A stretch of 64,000 bases of DNA, taken from positions 6,448,001 to 6,512,000 of the forward strand of contig JBHGNT010000004.1 of assembly GCA_043228905.1 (NCBI GenBank), written 5' to 3'. This document shows positions 10,986-23,775 of this stretch, piece after piece (position 1 is the stretch's first letter; each line of letters starts with the position of its first letter). A program made the position numbers and the translations under genes. This DNA is from Azolla caroliniana (Eukaryota > Plantae > Polypodiophyta). Below the pieces are notes generated by a model. That model was not told the DNA's origin. It saw nothing but the letters and a program-made list of their open reading frames with translations, and ran no database searches.

Positions 10986-11783
10986 TGTCGAGTTTTTACG
11001 CAAGTGCGTGAGGAAACGAGGCGGGACCGCGGGGGTCTCGAACCAAAGAGCAAGCGAGGGAGGAGAAAGAGAGAGAACCGGCTACGCAGGACCGGGGATA
11101 CACAGGGACACGGCCCTTCAGCACGGAGAACGCGAACGAACACCGACACAGACAGATGCGAATGACTAAATATATATATTAAGAATATTATGGCTAACAC
11201 GACTACAACCCTCGATGGGGCACAGGTTGGTTACAACCGAACAGGCCGGCGAACAGATGCCGATGCCTGTTCGCTTCGACGCACAAAGGGGTAGCCGGTC
11301 GGAGGTGCTGCCGGAAGCACTCGGGCGTTCCTCGAAACAGCGCAAGCCTCCTCGGAACCCTGCACAGAAAGCTCTGGAGCTCAAGAAGGAAGGAAACAGA
11401 GCGAGAGAGAAGCGTCCAGAAACGGTCCGACAGCACTTCGTCCTCTCTGCGCGAGATCCCTGCAATAGCTCTTTCTTGCTCCTTATATAGGCCGACGAGC
11501 AGGCCGTCATGTCAGCTCTATTCCCTGTCCCTTTTGGACAGGGATTCCCTTCGTCCTTCACGCATCCGCGTAGTTACGCCGCCGACTCGTACAGTCCCTT
11601 CGCTCGCGCGCGCCACCGAAAAGACTGTTCGCGCGGTCTTTGTCTCCACTCGTGTTAGGGCCCGTTCCCGCTGATTATCCTCCTAATTCGCTTCTATGTA
11701 CAACTCGGAGCGTGCGCGCGTGAAGAACCGGTTCCCACGCCTTGGTGCGCCGATTCCGCCTATGGACGGTTTTCTTCACGACA
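10986..11783 (-). repeat. Gypsy 5' LTR
   Basis: Direct repeat of 4468-5265, adjacent to the PBS. Confidence 0.95.
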
Positions 11784-11787
11784 ACGT

Positions 11788-14313
11788 GCTCAACTTTTCG
11801 GCTAGTAACACTTTAGTCAACATATCTGATCCATTTTCGGCCGTGTGAACCTTCACTAGAGCGAACTCCCTTTCTTCTACCCTCTCTCGGAGCCAATGAT
11901 ACCTCCGTTGGATGTGCTTTGTCCTCGAGTGGTAGGCGGCATTTTTTGTAAGGTGGATGGCACTCTGATTATCGCAATAGAGTCAAAATTCTTCCTGTCG
12001 AATTCCTTGCTCATTGATAAACTCCTTCATCCATACGGTTTCCTTGCCGACTTCCGTTGTAGCTATGTACTCAGCTTCCGTGGTCGACAATGCCACCGTG
12101 GCCTTCTGCAACCTCGATTGCCACGAGACAACTCCCCCTGCATACGTCATTACGTATCCGGATGTGGATCGGATGGTATTTGCATCAGCCGACATGGCGG
12201 AATCCGTGTAACCTTCCAATGTGGGGTTACTTGAGCCGAAATGAAGACACGCGCTCGAGGTGCGTCTTAGGTACCGAAATATCCATTTCACGGCAGCCCA
12301 ATGCTCTTTCTCGGCATTGCTCATATATCGGCTAACCACTTCGACGACGTATCCAATGTCCGGCCTGGTACACACCATTGCGTACATCAGGCTTCCAACT
12401 GCTGAGGCATAGGGGACTTTTGACATCTCGGCCCTTTCGGTTTTTGATTTTAGACATTGATCTTTGCTCAACTTGCAGTTCGTTGGCAGTGTCGAGCTGA
12501 CGGGTTTCGCGCCTTCCATGCTGAATCTCTGGAGCACCTTTGTCACATATTTCTCCTATGACAGCCATAACAATTTCTTTGTTTTGTCTCGAACAATATG
12601 CATACCCAGGATTTGCTTTGCGGGACCCATATCCTTCATCGAGAATGACCCGTTCAAGGCCTTCTTCAGTGCTCGGATCTTCATATGGTCCTGTCCGACA
12701 ATTAGCATTTCGTCCACGTACAACAAAAGGATGAGGAAATCTCATCCATCGAACTTCTTCACAAATACGAAGTGATCGAACTGCGTTTTGTGGTACCCAT
12801 TTTCGGTCATGAAGGATTCAAATTTTCGGTACCATTGCCGTGGAGCCTGCTTCAACCCGCACATGCTTTCCTCAATCGGCATACCAGGTTTTCTTTACCT
12901 TTCATTACGAATCCTTCCGGCTACTGCATATATATCTCCTCTTCGAGATCTCCGCGCAGAAACGTCATCTTGACATCCAATTGTTTGACTTCGAGATCCA
13001 AGCTGGCCGCAATGCTCAACATGGTTCGAATGGATGTCATCTTCACTATCGGGGAAAATATTTCATCGAAATCCAAGCCCTTCTTCTGTTGAAGCCCTCT
13101 TATGACAATTCGTGCTTTGTATCTGGGTGGATTTCGGCCATCTCCCGGTTTCAACTTGTATACCCACTTATTTCAGCCATCCAACCGACCGGTTAATATC
13201 AGGTTCAATCGAACCTCCGGAACATGTTGAACATCGCTCAACACGAGTCTGCAACCAGTTGATGTCACCAAACACACATCTCCAATACCGACAATTCGGC
13301 ATGCTCCTTCATTTCCCCCCATTTCCCATCTTTACGGATCCGAGATCATCGGCCCTGTACGATGAGAAGCATTTCCGGTCAAGGGTTAGGTGAAACGACG
13401 CACCTGAATCGACCACCCATGTCGATTCATCGCCGACAAGGTTCACTTCATTCTGCTCGCTAATGAGCAGCAACTCCGCCTCACTTGTCGTGATCGCCGA
13501 GGTGTTCTTGCTTTCCGAAATCTTTTTCGGTTGCACACCATCAGCTCCCCCTTTTTCCTTTCGGAAATGTCGGCAATTCTTTTGAAAGTGCCCTGACTTC
13601 CCGCAATAGAAGCATGTGGGCCTTCCTCTCGACTTCGACCTTATCCCTGACTTGTCTTGGTTCTAGGGACTTCGATTTTGGCTCCTTCCTCTATCCATAT
13701 CACCTTGTGTGATGAGAGCCTTCTGGTCTATATTGGACTCTCCGTTCTTCCGGCGAGCTTCTTCATTCAACAAGCTCGACTTCACCTGCTCTAGGGATAG
13801 ATGTTTCCCTTTCGATCCTGCATTGCCCAAAGTGACAACCAGTGTTTCCCAACTGTCCGAAAGGGATCCAAGCAAGAATAGTGCAAACACCTCATCGGCA
13901 AGAGGTACTTCTAGGGAGGTGGTTTGGTTCATTAGTCCTTGGAAGGTATTGATGTGCTCCGCCAGGCTGGAGCCATCCTGAAACTGAAGTCTCATGATTT
14001 TTCTGAAGACTGAGACTTTGTTCACGACGTTCTTGTTTTCAAACATGATGCCGATCTTCTTCCACAGGACATTTGCTTCTGTTTCTTCGCTGAAGTTGTT
14101 GTATAGACTCATGTCTATAAAACATCTTATGTATGCGGTAGCTTTTAACTGCAACGCTTCCCAAACCGTTGCATCAATCTTGTCTGGCCTTTTATCTTCG
14201 AACTACACCAACAACCATAGATCTTTGCACATGAGCATGTCTCTCATCTTCAACTCCCACACTGAATAGTTGGAGCCGGTTAACTTAAACATGTCGTCGA
14301 ATGAGTCTTCCAT
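11788..14313 (-). pseudogene. Copia gag-PR-(INT deleted)-RT-RNase H pseudogene; last codons continue at about 4438-4467
   Basis: ATG directly after the PBS (14313); ORFs 13663-14154 (gag), 13309-13536 (PR), 12921-13154 and 11983-12546 (RT/RH: VPYASAVGSLMYAMVCTRPDI); stops and frameshifts; PR jumps to RT at about 13172. Confidence 0.88.
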
Positions 14314-14329
14314 TGCTCTGATACCACTT

Positions 14330-14903
14330 TGTCAAGAATTGTGACCGACCACAACCGGCTTCTCGTTCGGATGTTCGGGTGCAGGGAACGTAAAGTAGAA
14401 TGCACTCAGACAGAGTACGAAAACAAAAATAGCACAAGAGACAGAAACACACGATTTTAACATAGAAACCTGAAATGGGAAAAACTACGGGGGTTCACAA
14501 ACCCCGAGAAACAGAATCACTATGCTAAAAGGAGGAGTACAACTAGAATCTTCGAGGCAGCAACCTCGAGATTTTACTTCGTCAATAGACGGCTACAGAG
14601 TTACACATGCTCTCACTCACTCACTTATTGTTACACAGTTACAGAGGCAACGACCTTCTAAGTAACTTTTTAACAATAACTCATCATCCTAACATTATGA
14701 TTGCCCTAAGTACTTATACTAGTACACCTTTTGGGTTATTTACAAGTGTAGCCCATAAGGGCATATTTAGACTATTTACAAGTATAGTCTTCCGAGTTGG
14801 CTATCTACACGATTTCGGTTTCGACCTCAGCCTATTGGCCTCGGCTGAGTTCCTCATCAACTTGGCTCTTCTCTTCCCATCTGGAGGGACCCATTTCCTA
14901 ACA
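14330..14903 (-). repeat. 5' LTR of the Copia element
   Basis: Repeat of 3851-4409, next to the iMet PBS. Confidence 0.9.
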
Positions 14904-14957
14904 TTTATGCCATTTTTGTGATGTGGCATGTTGAAGGTGGGAAATGCAAATGAAAAC

Positions 14958-15170
14958 GGTGGGAAACAGGTTCCTCCGGATGGGAAGAGCATGAGCCGAA
15001 TCGAATGGAGTCGATTGGTATCTCGGTTGAGGCCGAATAAATTGACTGACCCATAACCGATCGATAACCAATTCGACTAATAACCGAATTGGATGAATCC
15101 GATTGGGCTATATTAGTAAATAGCCTAGATGTGCCCATTAGGACTATATTTGTAAATAACCCATTAGGCT
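14958..15170 (+). mobile_element. Truncated LTR fragment of a related Copia family in opposite orientation
   Basis: GGAAACAGGTTCCTCCGGATGGGAAGAG and ATTTGTAAATAACCC resemble the reverse complement of 14720-14900 and the start of the solo LTR at 25626. Confidence 0.6.
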
Positions 15171-15221
15171 TGGACCGTAGGCCTCCAACGACCTACCGGT
15201 TCTCACTATTCCGGAGTACGA

Positions 15222-16650
15222 TCAGGTTGTCCGAGAGGCCAATTTCTTAAGTCCTATGCATATATCTTCAATTGTAAAGAAGGAAGACATATGTGAAAGA
15301 GAACCATAACAAATCATTTTTCCAGCAAGAGATAACTCATATAAATTCTTACAATGCATAGACAAGTTGTGAAGAGTTAAGTCACCATAATTCTCAACAT
15401 GTTTCCCCTTTAGATTTCGCCAAAATTTAGCGCATGCATGTGCTTTCTCTTGCGTTTGGATAAATTGTTGAGTAACTTCCCATATTCTTCTCTTTCTTTG
15501 AATAAGCCTTTTATATTCATATAAATGCTTTTGGTAATTCTCTTTATCCTTAACTACATCCAAAACCATAAGGCAATTTCGAGCTTCACGACATTCTTTA
15601 TCAAATCATTTTTTCCTAAGTTTCTGGGTGCATTTCCAAGATGTACGGTTGATCGAAAAACATTTGTTTGTACAAGAGAGAATGACTTTCTTGAAAGCTT
15701 CCCATTTGCATTCCAGTGTGGCATCATGTTGTATCTTTGTCATTTGTAACATATCCTCAACCATCTTGGAATACATGGGCGCTCGCTTAAGGTTCATGGT
15801 CAAGTGCGGTTGTTGATTATCTTCAATAGCCTTCTCACAATCAAACCTATGCATACATTTGAGATCAATACACAAAGGCCTATGATCGGATTCCGGTGTC
15901 CATTCACCAAGTGAGAATTTATGTATACGATCCAAAATACCTTTGGAAAGCAGCACATAGTCAATCACACTATTTCCATTGTGTTTTCTACATGTAAAAA
16001 CATTAGTGTTGGGCCATAAGGAAATACCATTTGCAATAAGCAATCCGGTACTATTGCACATTTGTAGGAGTAACTTCCCAAATTGGTCTAGATCTTTTTC
16101 ATCGCTAGAAGAGCGGCTATACATTTGCATGTCCTCTTGCATCCTTGAGATATGTGGCATGAAAGATTCTTGTGAATCAAGTTGTAAACTTCTTGTACGA
16201 GCATTCATGTCACCAAAGACAATAACTTCCTCTTTGGATTTGAAATAAGCAATATCATCTTCTAGATTGGAAAAAGGTTTATCTTTATCCAAATAAGCAT
16301 AAAAGTTAGAATCTTGATGAGGAATGTAACATCCAACTACAAAAGTGGACAAATCATTAGGTGTTTCTATTTTGAGCCATATGTAGCATTTATGCTCATC
16401 ATTTTTTATGATTGACACATATTTCTCTATTTCCTTCTTAATCAAACATGCCACCCCTCGTTCTCTTCTTTGTCTTGTATTTTTCTTCCATATCAACGAG
16501 TGGACCTTATAGTTTCCTAAACCTTGAATCCTTTGAGTATCATGCTCCCATGTTTCAACAAGAAGTGTGATATCTGAGTTATCGGTGAACTCCTGTATGC
16601 CAAATCCCGCATTCCATGGGTATCCATTGCAATTCCAAAAGCATAGTTGT
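15222..16650 (-). pseudogene. LINE (RTE-like) ORF2 fragment: APE endonuclease plus linker
   Basis: LCFWNCNG...ETW (about 16640-16550), VFGDMNART, SVIDYVLL, SDHRPL in ORF 15606-16496. Confidence 0.8.
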
Positions 16651-16667
16651 AAAAGGCGTGGGTTAGT

Positions 16668-16707
<40 letters not shown>
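16668..16707 (+). repeat. (GA)n microsatellite
   Basis: About 20 GA units. Confidence 0.95.
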
Positions 16708-16711
<4 letters not shown>

Positions 16712-16884
16712 TTCCTGCAAAATTACACTAGTTACATGTTGATGAATAGTAAAAGGGTTATGGTTAACACTTTGTAATTTATTCTCCCTATGTTTTTGTA
16801 GCTCTAAGATATATCTACCTAGTTTCTTTACATCTGGGGTATCTGATAGTTTGGAGAGGGTGGGTGTTATGGGCATGACCATAT

Positions 16885-18212
16885 TGTTGAGCGGCAAGCT
16901 CAACTGGAGCCGGATCGGCTTAATAAGCCTGAGCCGGCAAGCGAGACGGATCGGTAAGCCAGCAAGCAACAGAGCCGGTGAGCTGGGGAGCCGGTTAGCT
17001 GGGTCCAATCGGTAACCGGAAGCCTAGTATTAGTTTAGACTACTAGGCAATTATAGTCTCGTAGTAAGTGTCAGAAGCTCGTGTGAGCATTGAAGTACGC
17101 GGTACTTTTGTCAGTCCCATGAGGACTTGTATAAATAGTGCTACTGAGCACAATTGTAAGTACAAAGTGTTTTATATATTTTTGAATATAACTTTGAGGT
17201 TCTGCTCTCTCTATATCTCCCGGGTACTCTGTGTATTCCCTAATTTTTCTGTTTTTTCTAACGCTTCCACAAGTAATCGTTTACATGGTATCAGAGCGAG
17301 AGGGTTGAGAACTTCCTCTGCAATCGACAAACGCTTGACAGCAAACCCTAACAGGTCGTAAAACAACAGACAAAGAAGTGATGGATAGAGGGATGGCTAG
17401 CTCGCTCCCTGTGGAGAAACTCGACAAATCCAACTATGCATCTTGGTCGTATAAGATGCACTAGTACCTGCTTGGGCATGGCTATTGGAGTTTCATCGAA
17501 GGAGCCAACGAAACAACACCTAATGCAACACATAAGGACTTCCCAGTGTGGGAACAATCGGCAAGCAAAGTGATGTACTGCTTCGAGTCCAGTGTCGGAG
17601 ACGAGTTGCTGAGCCACATCCGAGATGCCAAGACGCCGAGGGAGGCTTGGGGGAACCTGAAGAAGGTTTTCGCCACGAGCACTACAACCCGGAAGCTGCA
17701 ACTCCGACAAGAGTTGAGCAATGTCCGATAGAAGGACATGTCGGTGGCGGATTACATGGCCCGGATCAAAGAGATTTATGACTCGCTTGCCTCTATCAAC
17801 ATTACCGTAGAGGAAGACGAGATGGTACAGGTCTGTCTTGGGGGCTTGACTTCGAAGTTCAGAGCGTTCCGAATGGCGGTGTGTACAAGGGAGATTACGC
17901 CGTCATTTTTCGACTTACAGTCGACGCTCCTTGTAGAGGAGAACCACGCCGGTGCGTCAACTAGCGCACCCATTGACAGCCGGATGCTGTACACGGAAGC
18001 GGATCGGTCCCGTGTGCGTGGTGGACAAGGCGGGTCAGCACACAATGGAGGCGGCCGACAAGAGCAAGAACTAAGGCACAGAGAACGTGCCGACAGCAGT
18101 TCCGGGACCTCCACAAGCAGGGGGAGTCAAGGCGGTGCCGGGACTGGCAAGACAAATCTACAACGGAATGCTGGTACTGTGGCAAAAAGGGCCACAGAGA
18201 AAGCGAGTGCTG
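16885..18212 (+). mobile_element. Copia remnant B: 5' LTR (16885-17285), iMet PBS (17286-17297), truncated gag
   Basis: TG...CA LTR followed by TGGTATCAGAGC; gag EKLDKSNYASWSYKM...; ends in the zinc knuckle. Confidence 0.85.
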
Positions 18213-21200
18213 GACTTGTTCATCTCCGATTGAAAGTCGGGGAGCTTAGACATTAAGACTTCTTCTTCAAGATCACCCTAAAGAAACACATTCTTCACAT
18301 CCATCTGGTGAAGATGCCACCCCCTTGCTGTAGCAACCGCCAGCACCACTTGAACCGTCGTCATCTTCGCTACCGGAGCGAAGGTCTCGTCGTAGTCGAT
18401 TCCGTGGGTCTGCGCGTATACCTTCGCCTCTAACCGGGCTTTATATCGGTTAACAGAACCGTCAGCGTTGTACTTTACCTTGTATATCCACTTGCATCCG
18501 ATTGGTTTACAGTGACGAAGAGGATCAACCAAGTCCCATGTCTTGTTGACATCAAGTGCCCGCATTTCTTCCTCCATAGCGACACGCCAATTGGTGTCCT
18601 TGGTTGCTTATGCGTAGCTCTCCGGCTCACGCACTTCTGCCACCTTAGTCATGTACACATAGTGATGCGCCATGTACTCATTGTACCCGTACCGCTTGAC
18701 GAGATCCTTCTGGCGGGTGGACTGACGTAACTCATTGTTACCCGGTTTGAGGCCCTTCTTGGTCGATTCGGTCTTCGTTGCCGAAGATCCGCCTTTCTCC
18801 TTGCCGAAGTCGGATACACACTGATCCCACTCATCGTTGCCGGTTTCGAATTCCGACATCTTCTTCTTCCCCTTCTCTTTGTGCGTGAACCGTCGCCTCG
18901 GTTCCTTGCGCGGGGAGTGCACGACAGAGTCTCCACTACTCGATGGTTCCTCATCGGACTGGTCAGATTGACTCAGTCTCTCGTTCGGCCCACTCAACCG
19001 GAACGATTCCGGACTCTCATCCTGAGTCCACGCTTCATCATCCTCTACCTGGGCCGGTTCACGATCACTAGCCTCATCCACCAACATTGGGTCAGATTCG
19101 GAAGTCAGAGTCGGTAAGGAGTACCACGATGCCGATTCATCAAACTCGACATCTCGACTAACTTGGACCTGCTTTGTCCGGGGGTTATAACACTTATAAC
19201 CCTTTTGCTCTTGAGCATAGCCGACTAGGATGCATTTTCCCGATTTTGCATCTAGCTTCCTCCGCTTCTCATCCGGTACATGCACAAATGCAATGCTACC
19301 GAAGATCTTAAGGTGTCTCAAATTCGGCTTCCACCCGAAATACAGCTCGTGAGCTGACACCTTGTCACCGATCCGGTTCTGGATGTAGACAGCTGTTCGG
19401 ATTGCCTCCGCCCAGTAGAATTTGGGCATGCTCTTCTCCTCCAGCATTGTCCTTGCCGCATCGATAAGCGACCGGTTCTTCCTCTCGGCAACACCGTTCT
19501 GTTGCGGTGTGTATCTGTAGCTGAACTCTCGCCGAATACCCGTTTGCTGCAGATAATTGTTGAATTGGCCAAAAAAATACTCTTTTCCGCCATCCGACCG
19601 CATGCATTTGATCTTCCTTTCCACTTCCCGTTCCACCATCCTTTGGAGACTCTGGAAACACTTGAAGACTTCACTCTTCCGCTCAATGAGGTAGATCCAT
19701 GTGTGCCACGTATAGTCGTCAATGAAGGAGACGAAATATCAACTCCCGCCAAGACTAACATTCTGTGTTGGTCCCCACACATCCGAATGGATAAGGTCGA
19801 CCTTGTTACGGCTCCGGTTACGTTCGGTGGGGAATGGAAGCCGGTGTTGCTTCCCGAGTTGGCATGCTTCACATACTTGGGCCTTCTGGCCGCTAAACTT
19901 CGGCAAACCGAAAACAACTTGTTTCGTTTGCAAGTCTTGAAGCCTCCGGTAATTGACGTGGCCTATCCGCTTGTGCCACAGGTCGATGTCCGATTCTACC
20001 TTCTGTCCTTTTGCAAACAGAGCGGTGCCAACATCATTGGTGTTGAGGATAAACATCCTCCCGTCTCTGCGCCTTTGCGCAATAATCTGGCCCTCTTCCT
20101 CTATGAAGCACCCAAAGTGCGTAAACCGCACCTGCATCCCCTGGTCGACGATTTGTCCGACTGACACCAGGTTCTTCGTGATTGTCGAAACGTGTAATAT
20201 GTTCATCAGCTTCCCCTTCTGTCCGACCTGGCTCAAAGGGACTTCTCCGACGTGCATGATTGGGTGAGGAGTGTCGTCTCCGGTTTCGACTACTCCTGGT
20301 TGATCCGGTTTCTCCAAAAAGGAGAACCACTCTTTGTGGCTCGTTATGTGGTTCGACGCACCAGAATCAACATACCACACTTCCTTCAATTTGGAAGTGG
20401 TCTTCTTCATCGAGTTCGCCTCGTGCTTCATCACCAAGGTTAGCCCGTTACCATTCTTGGATCCTCTCGATCCCTTTCCGTAGTGAGAGCTTTGCCGGCC
20501 ATCCTTGCCGGATCCGGATTTGTCCGAATCGGTTCGTTTTCTCCGGCACTCGCTTTCTTTGTGGCCCTTTTTGCTACAGTACCAACATTCCGTTGTTGAC
20601 TTCTCTTGCCGTCTTCCGGTGTCGCCATGACTCCCCCTACCGGTGGGAGTCCCGGAACTGTTGTCGGCACGTTCTCTGTGCCTTCGTTCTTGCTCTAACC
20701 GGCCGCCTCCATTGTGTGCCGACCCACCTCGTCCACCACGCCCTCGGGACCGATCCACCTCCGTGTACAACATCCGGCTGTCAATGGGTGCGCTAGTTGA
20801 CGCACCGGCGTGGTTCTCCTCTACAAGGAGCATTGATTGTAAGTCGAAAAATGACGGCGTATTCTCCCTTGTACACATCGCCGTTCGGAATGCTCTGAAC
20901 TTAGATGCCAGACCCCCAAGACAGACCTGTACCATCTCGTCTTCCTCTACGGTAACATTGATAGAGGCAAGGGAGTCACATATCTCTTTGATCCGGGCCG
21001 TGTAATCCACCACCGACGTGTCCTTCTATCGGACATTGCTCAACTCCTCTCGGAGTTGCAGCTTCCGGGCGGTAGTGCTCGCGGTGAAAACCTTCTTCAG
21101 GTTCCCCCAAGCCTCCTTCGGCGTCTTGGCGTCTCGGATGTGGCTCAACAGCTGGTCTCCGACATTGGACGCGAAGCAGTACATCACTCTGCTTGCCGAT

Positions 21201-21867
21201 TGTTCCCACACTGGGAAGTCCTTATGTGCCACATCAAGTGTTGTTTCATTGGCTCCTTCGACGAAACTCCAATAGCCATGCCCAAGCAGGTACTGGTGCA
21301 TCGTATACGACCAAGATACATAGTTGGATCTGTCGAGTTTCTCCACAAGGAGCGAGCTAGCCATTCCTCTATCCATCACTTCTCTGATTGCTGTTCTTAC
21401 GACCTGTTAGGGTTTGCTTTCAAGCGTTTGTCGGCTGAAGAGGTTCTCAACCCTCGCATTCTGATACCATGTGAACGATTACTTGCGGAAGCGTTAGAAA
21501 ACAGAGAAAGTAGGGAATACAAGGAGTACACGGGAGAGATAGAGAGAGCAGAATGTAAGAGCTATATTCAAAACGATATAATCACTCTGTTTTTTACAAC
21601 TGTGCTTAGTAGCACTATTTATACAAGTCCTCATGGGACGGACAAAAGTACCGCGTACTTCAATGCTCACACGAGCTTCTGACACTTACTACGAGACTAT
21701 AATTGCCTAGTAGTCTAAACTAATACTAGGCTTCCGGTTACTGATTGGATCCGACTAACCGGCTCTGTTGCTTGCCGGCTCGGTTGCTCACGGCTTACCA
21801 ATCCGTCTCGCTTGCCAGCTCAGGCTTATTCAGCCGATCCGGCTCCATTTGAGCTTGCCGCTCAACA
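18213..21867 (-). mobile_element. Copia remnant C (same family as B): LTR 21470-21867, PBS, gag-PR-INT-partial RT
   Basis: Inverted copy of LTR B; WYVDSGASNH protease, GAG-pre-integrase, INT (SDGG..QQNGVAERKNR), RT (RYKARL...QMDVKNVFL) truncated at about 18213. Confidence 0.88.
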
Positions 21868-23675
21868 CAAACAAAGGGAGTCGTCATCGGACTTCCGACA
21901 TTCGAGTTGAAACGAGTCAACTGAGTATGCGAAGCGTGTCAACTCGGCAAACAACATCGACTCCCATTCCCGAAGGAGAGCCACGCGAGCAAAGGCCTCC
22001 TCGACGTCATAGACTTGGATGTATGGGGACTGGCTTAAACGTCGACGATCGGCGGATGCCGATACTACGTAACCTTCATCGACGACTACTCACGCTACGC
22101 GTGGATCTACCTAATGAAGAAGAAGAGTGAAGTGTTCTCCCACTTCCAAAAGCTCAAGGGGAAAGTCGAAAAAGAAACCGGTCGGCACATTCAATGCCTA
22201 CGATTGGATGGGGGAAAGGAGTACTTCTCTGATGAATTCACCTCCTACCTCCAAAATGAAGGCATTCGTAGAGAATTCTCGTGCAGACATACGCCCCAAC
22301 AAAATGGAGTAGCCGAAAGGAAGAATCGGCAAATACTCGAGGTAGCACGCGCCATGATGCATGAGAAGCACATGCCGAACTTCTATTGGGCCAAAGCGGC
22401 ATCCACGGTCGTCTATCTCATGAACCGGTGCACCACCAATGGAGTCCATGAGCTAACTCCATACGAGGTCCTCGTCAGAAGGAAGCCGATCCTGTCGCAC
22501 CTCAAGGTGTTCGGAAGCATTGCGAATGTATGCATCCTGAACAAACAACGACCAAAGCCTGACGCGAAGACGGAGGAATGTATCCTCATAGGATACTCGT
22601 CCGAGAAGAAGGCGTACAAGTGCTACAACCCTTCTACCCGAGTGGTTCGGGTAAGTCGAGACGTAGTCTTCGACGAGTCCGCATGTTGGTACGCACAAGA
22701 TACAACTTCGACTCTGACTACGCTCGATCCGGAATCCGCCGAACAAGAGGTAGAAGATGGAGATCACTTCGAACACATGTTCGAAGAATGTCCAATTATG
22801 GCAAGGCTTGGTGGGCCACAAGAGCCCCCACACAACCCAAGGACGTCACGGCCAAGTACGAACTTGGAGAAAGGCAAAGGTAAGATGCTCGAATACGAAG
22901 TTGACCACCCCGACGACAATGATTCGGATGGATCGGTTCCCTCACTAGACAGTGAGTTCGGTGTACCCATCATGCGAACACTCGGAGTAAAGAAGGCGCT
23001 CACATCGGTGAATGAAAAACTTCGACGCTCTTCTAGAGAGAAGAATCATGTCGCTCGGCTCGGCTACAACGAGTATATGGCCCATCATTACGCCTTCGCG
23101 ATGAAGGTAGTGGCCGAACAAGAGCCCAAGAGCTCCACCGAAGTAGCTCGTAACCTACGATGGGTGGAAGTAGTTGACCTTCACCCACACGCTACAAGCC
23201 TTCGTCGCCGGCTTGAGGGGGAGGACTCGAGATTGCCACGGCGAACAAAGCCGATGGCCGGACGGAAGCCACACAGAAGACGACATTGAAAGTCGGACAA
23301 CGCCGAAAACAACGCCAGATGTCAGACGCCTCACACTTGAGCTTGAGGGGGCGTGTTGAGAGATCAAGCTCAACTTAGCTTAGTTAGTTAGTCAACACAT
23401 GTAACTTAGTAGTTACCTAGATAGAATCTAGTTAGTGTGTTGACCATAAAGCCTTAAATAGGATTTTGTACTCGAGTGGGATACATTGTAGATCCACCAC
23501 TCCATGCTCATTTAATATAGAACTTACACGTTGTACCTATATTCTCCTACCACATGTGCACCCTTGCACATGAAACCTATATATACCTCATTGAAGGTAT
23601 TTTTGTATTTGATGATAGATGATGATGTTGAAGCTAATTTAATATACTTACTCATCCCCCATCTTGTGTTGTTCA

Positions 23676-23713
<38 letters not shown>

Positions 23714-23775
23714 TCGCACACATACACGCACATATCACTTAATCTTCCACTACGTAATCGCTTAACTTAATCACA
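21868..23775 (+). mobile_element. Copia remnant D: integrase, RT deleted, PPT and 3' LTR from 23354 (right end uncertain)
   Basis: ORF 22114-23289 integrase core; GAGGGGGCG PPT followed by TGTTGAGAGATCAAGCTCAAC. Confidence 0.75.

Larger units (their letters stand above)
4468..11783 (-). mobile_element. Young, apparently intact Ty3/Gypsy LTR retrotransposon (non-chromoviral type)
   Basis: 798-bp LTRs (4468-5265, 10986-11783) with about 5 substitutions by eye; 4-bp TSD ACGT (4464-4467, 11784-11787); PBS; PPT rc GGTTAGGTGGGGGCGGA after 5265; domain order gag-PR-RT-RH-INT. Confidence 0.96.
3851..14903 (-). mobile_element. Ty1/Copia LTR retrotransposon (degenerate, integrase deleted), interrupted by a nested Gypsy element
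   Basis: Two related LTRs (3851-4409, 14330-14903) with TG...CA ends; TSD TTTAT at 3846-3850 and 14904-14908; iMet PBS (rc TGGTATCAGAGC, 14315-14326); PPT rc AGGGGGAGTT just after 4409; gag, PR (WVVDSGASFHLT) and RT/RNase H fragments. Confidence 0.93.

Noticed and set aside
5390-11165. Many 100-270 aa antisense or overlapping ORFs within the Gypsy element
   Set aside because: Expected shadows of GC-rich coding sequence; no recognisable domains
10943-11200. gag frame stays open through the PBS into the LTR, with a hydrophobic stretch (VLAIIFLIYIF)
   Set aside because: No ATG; the hydrophobic run derives from an AT microsatellite-like patch; probably chance
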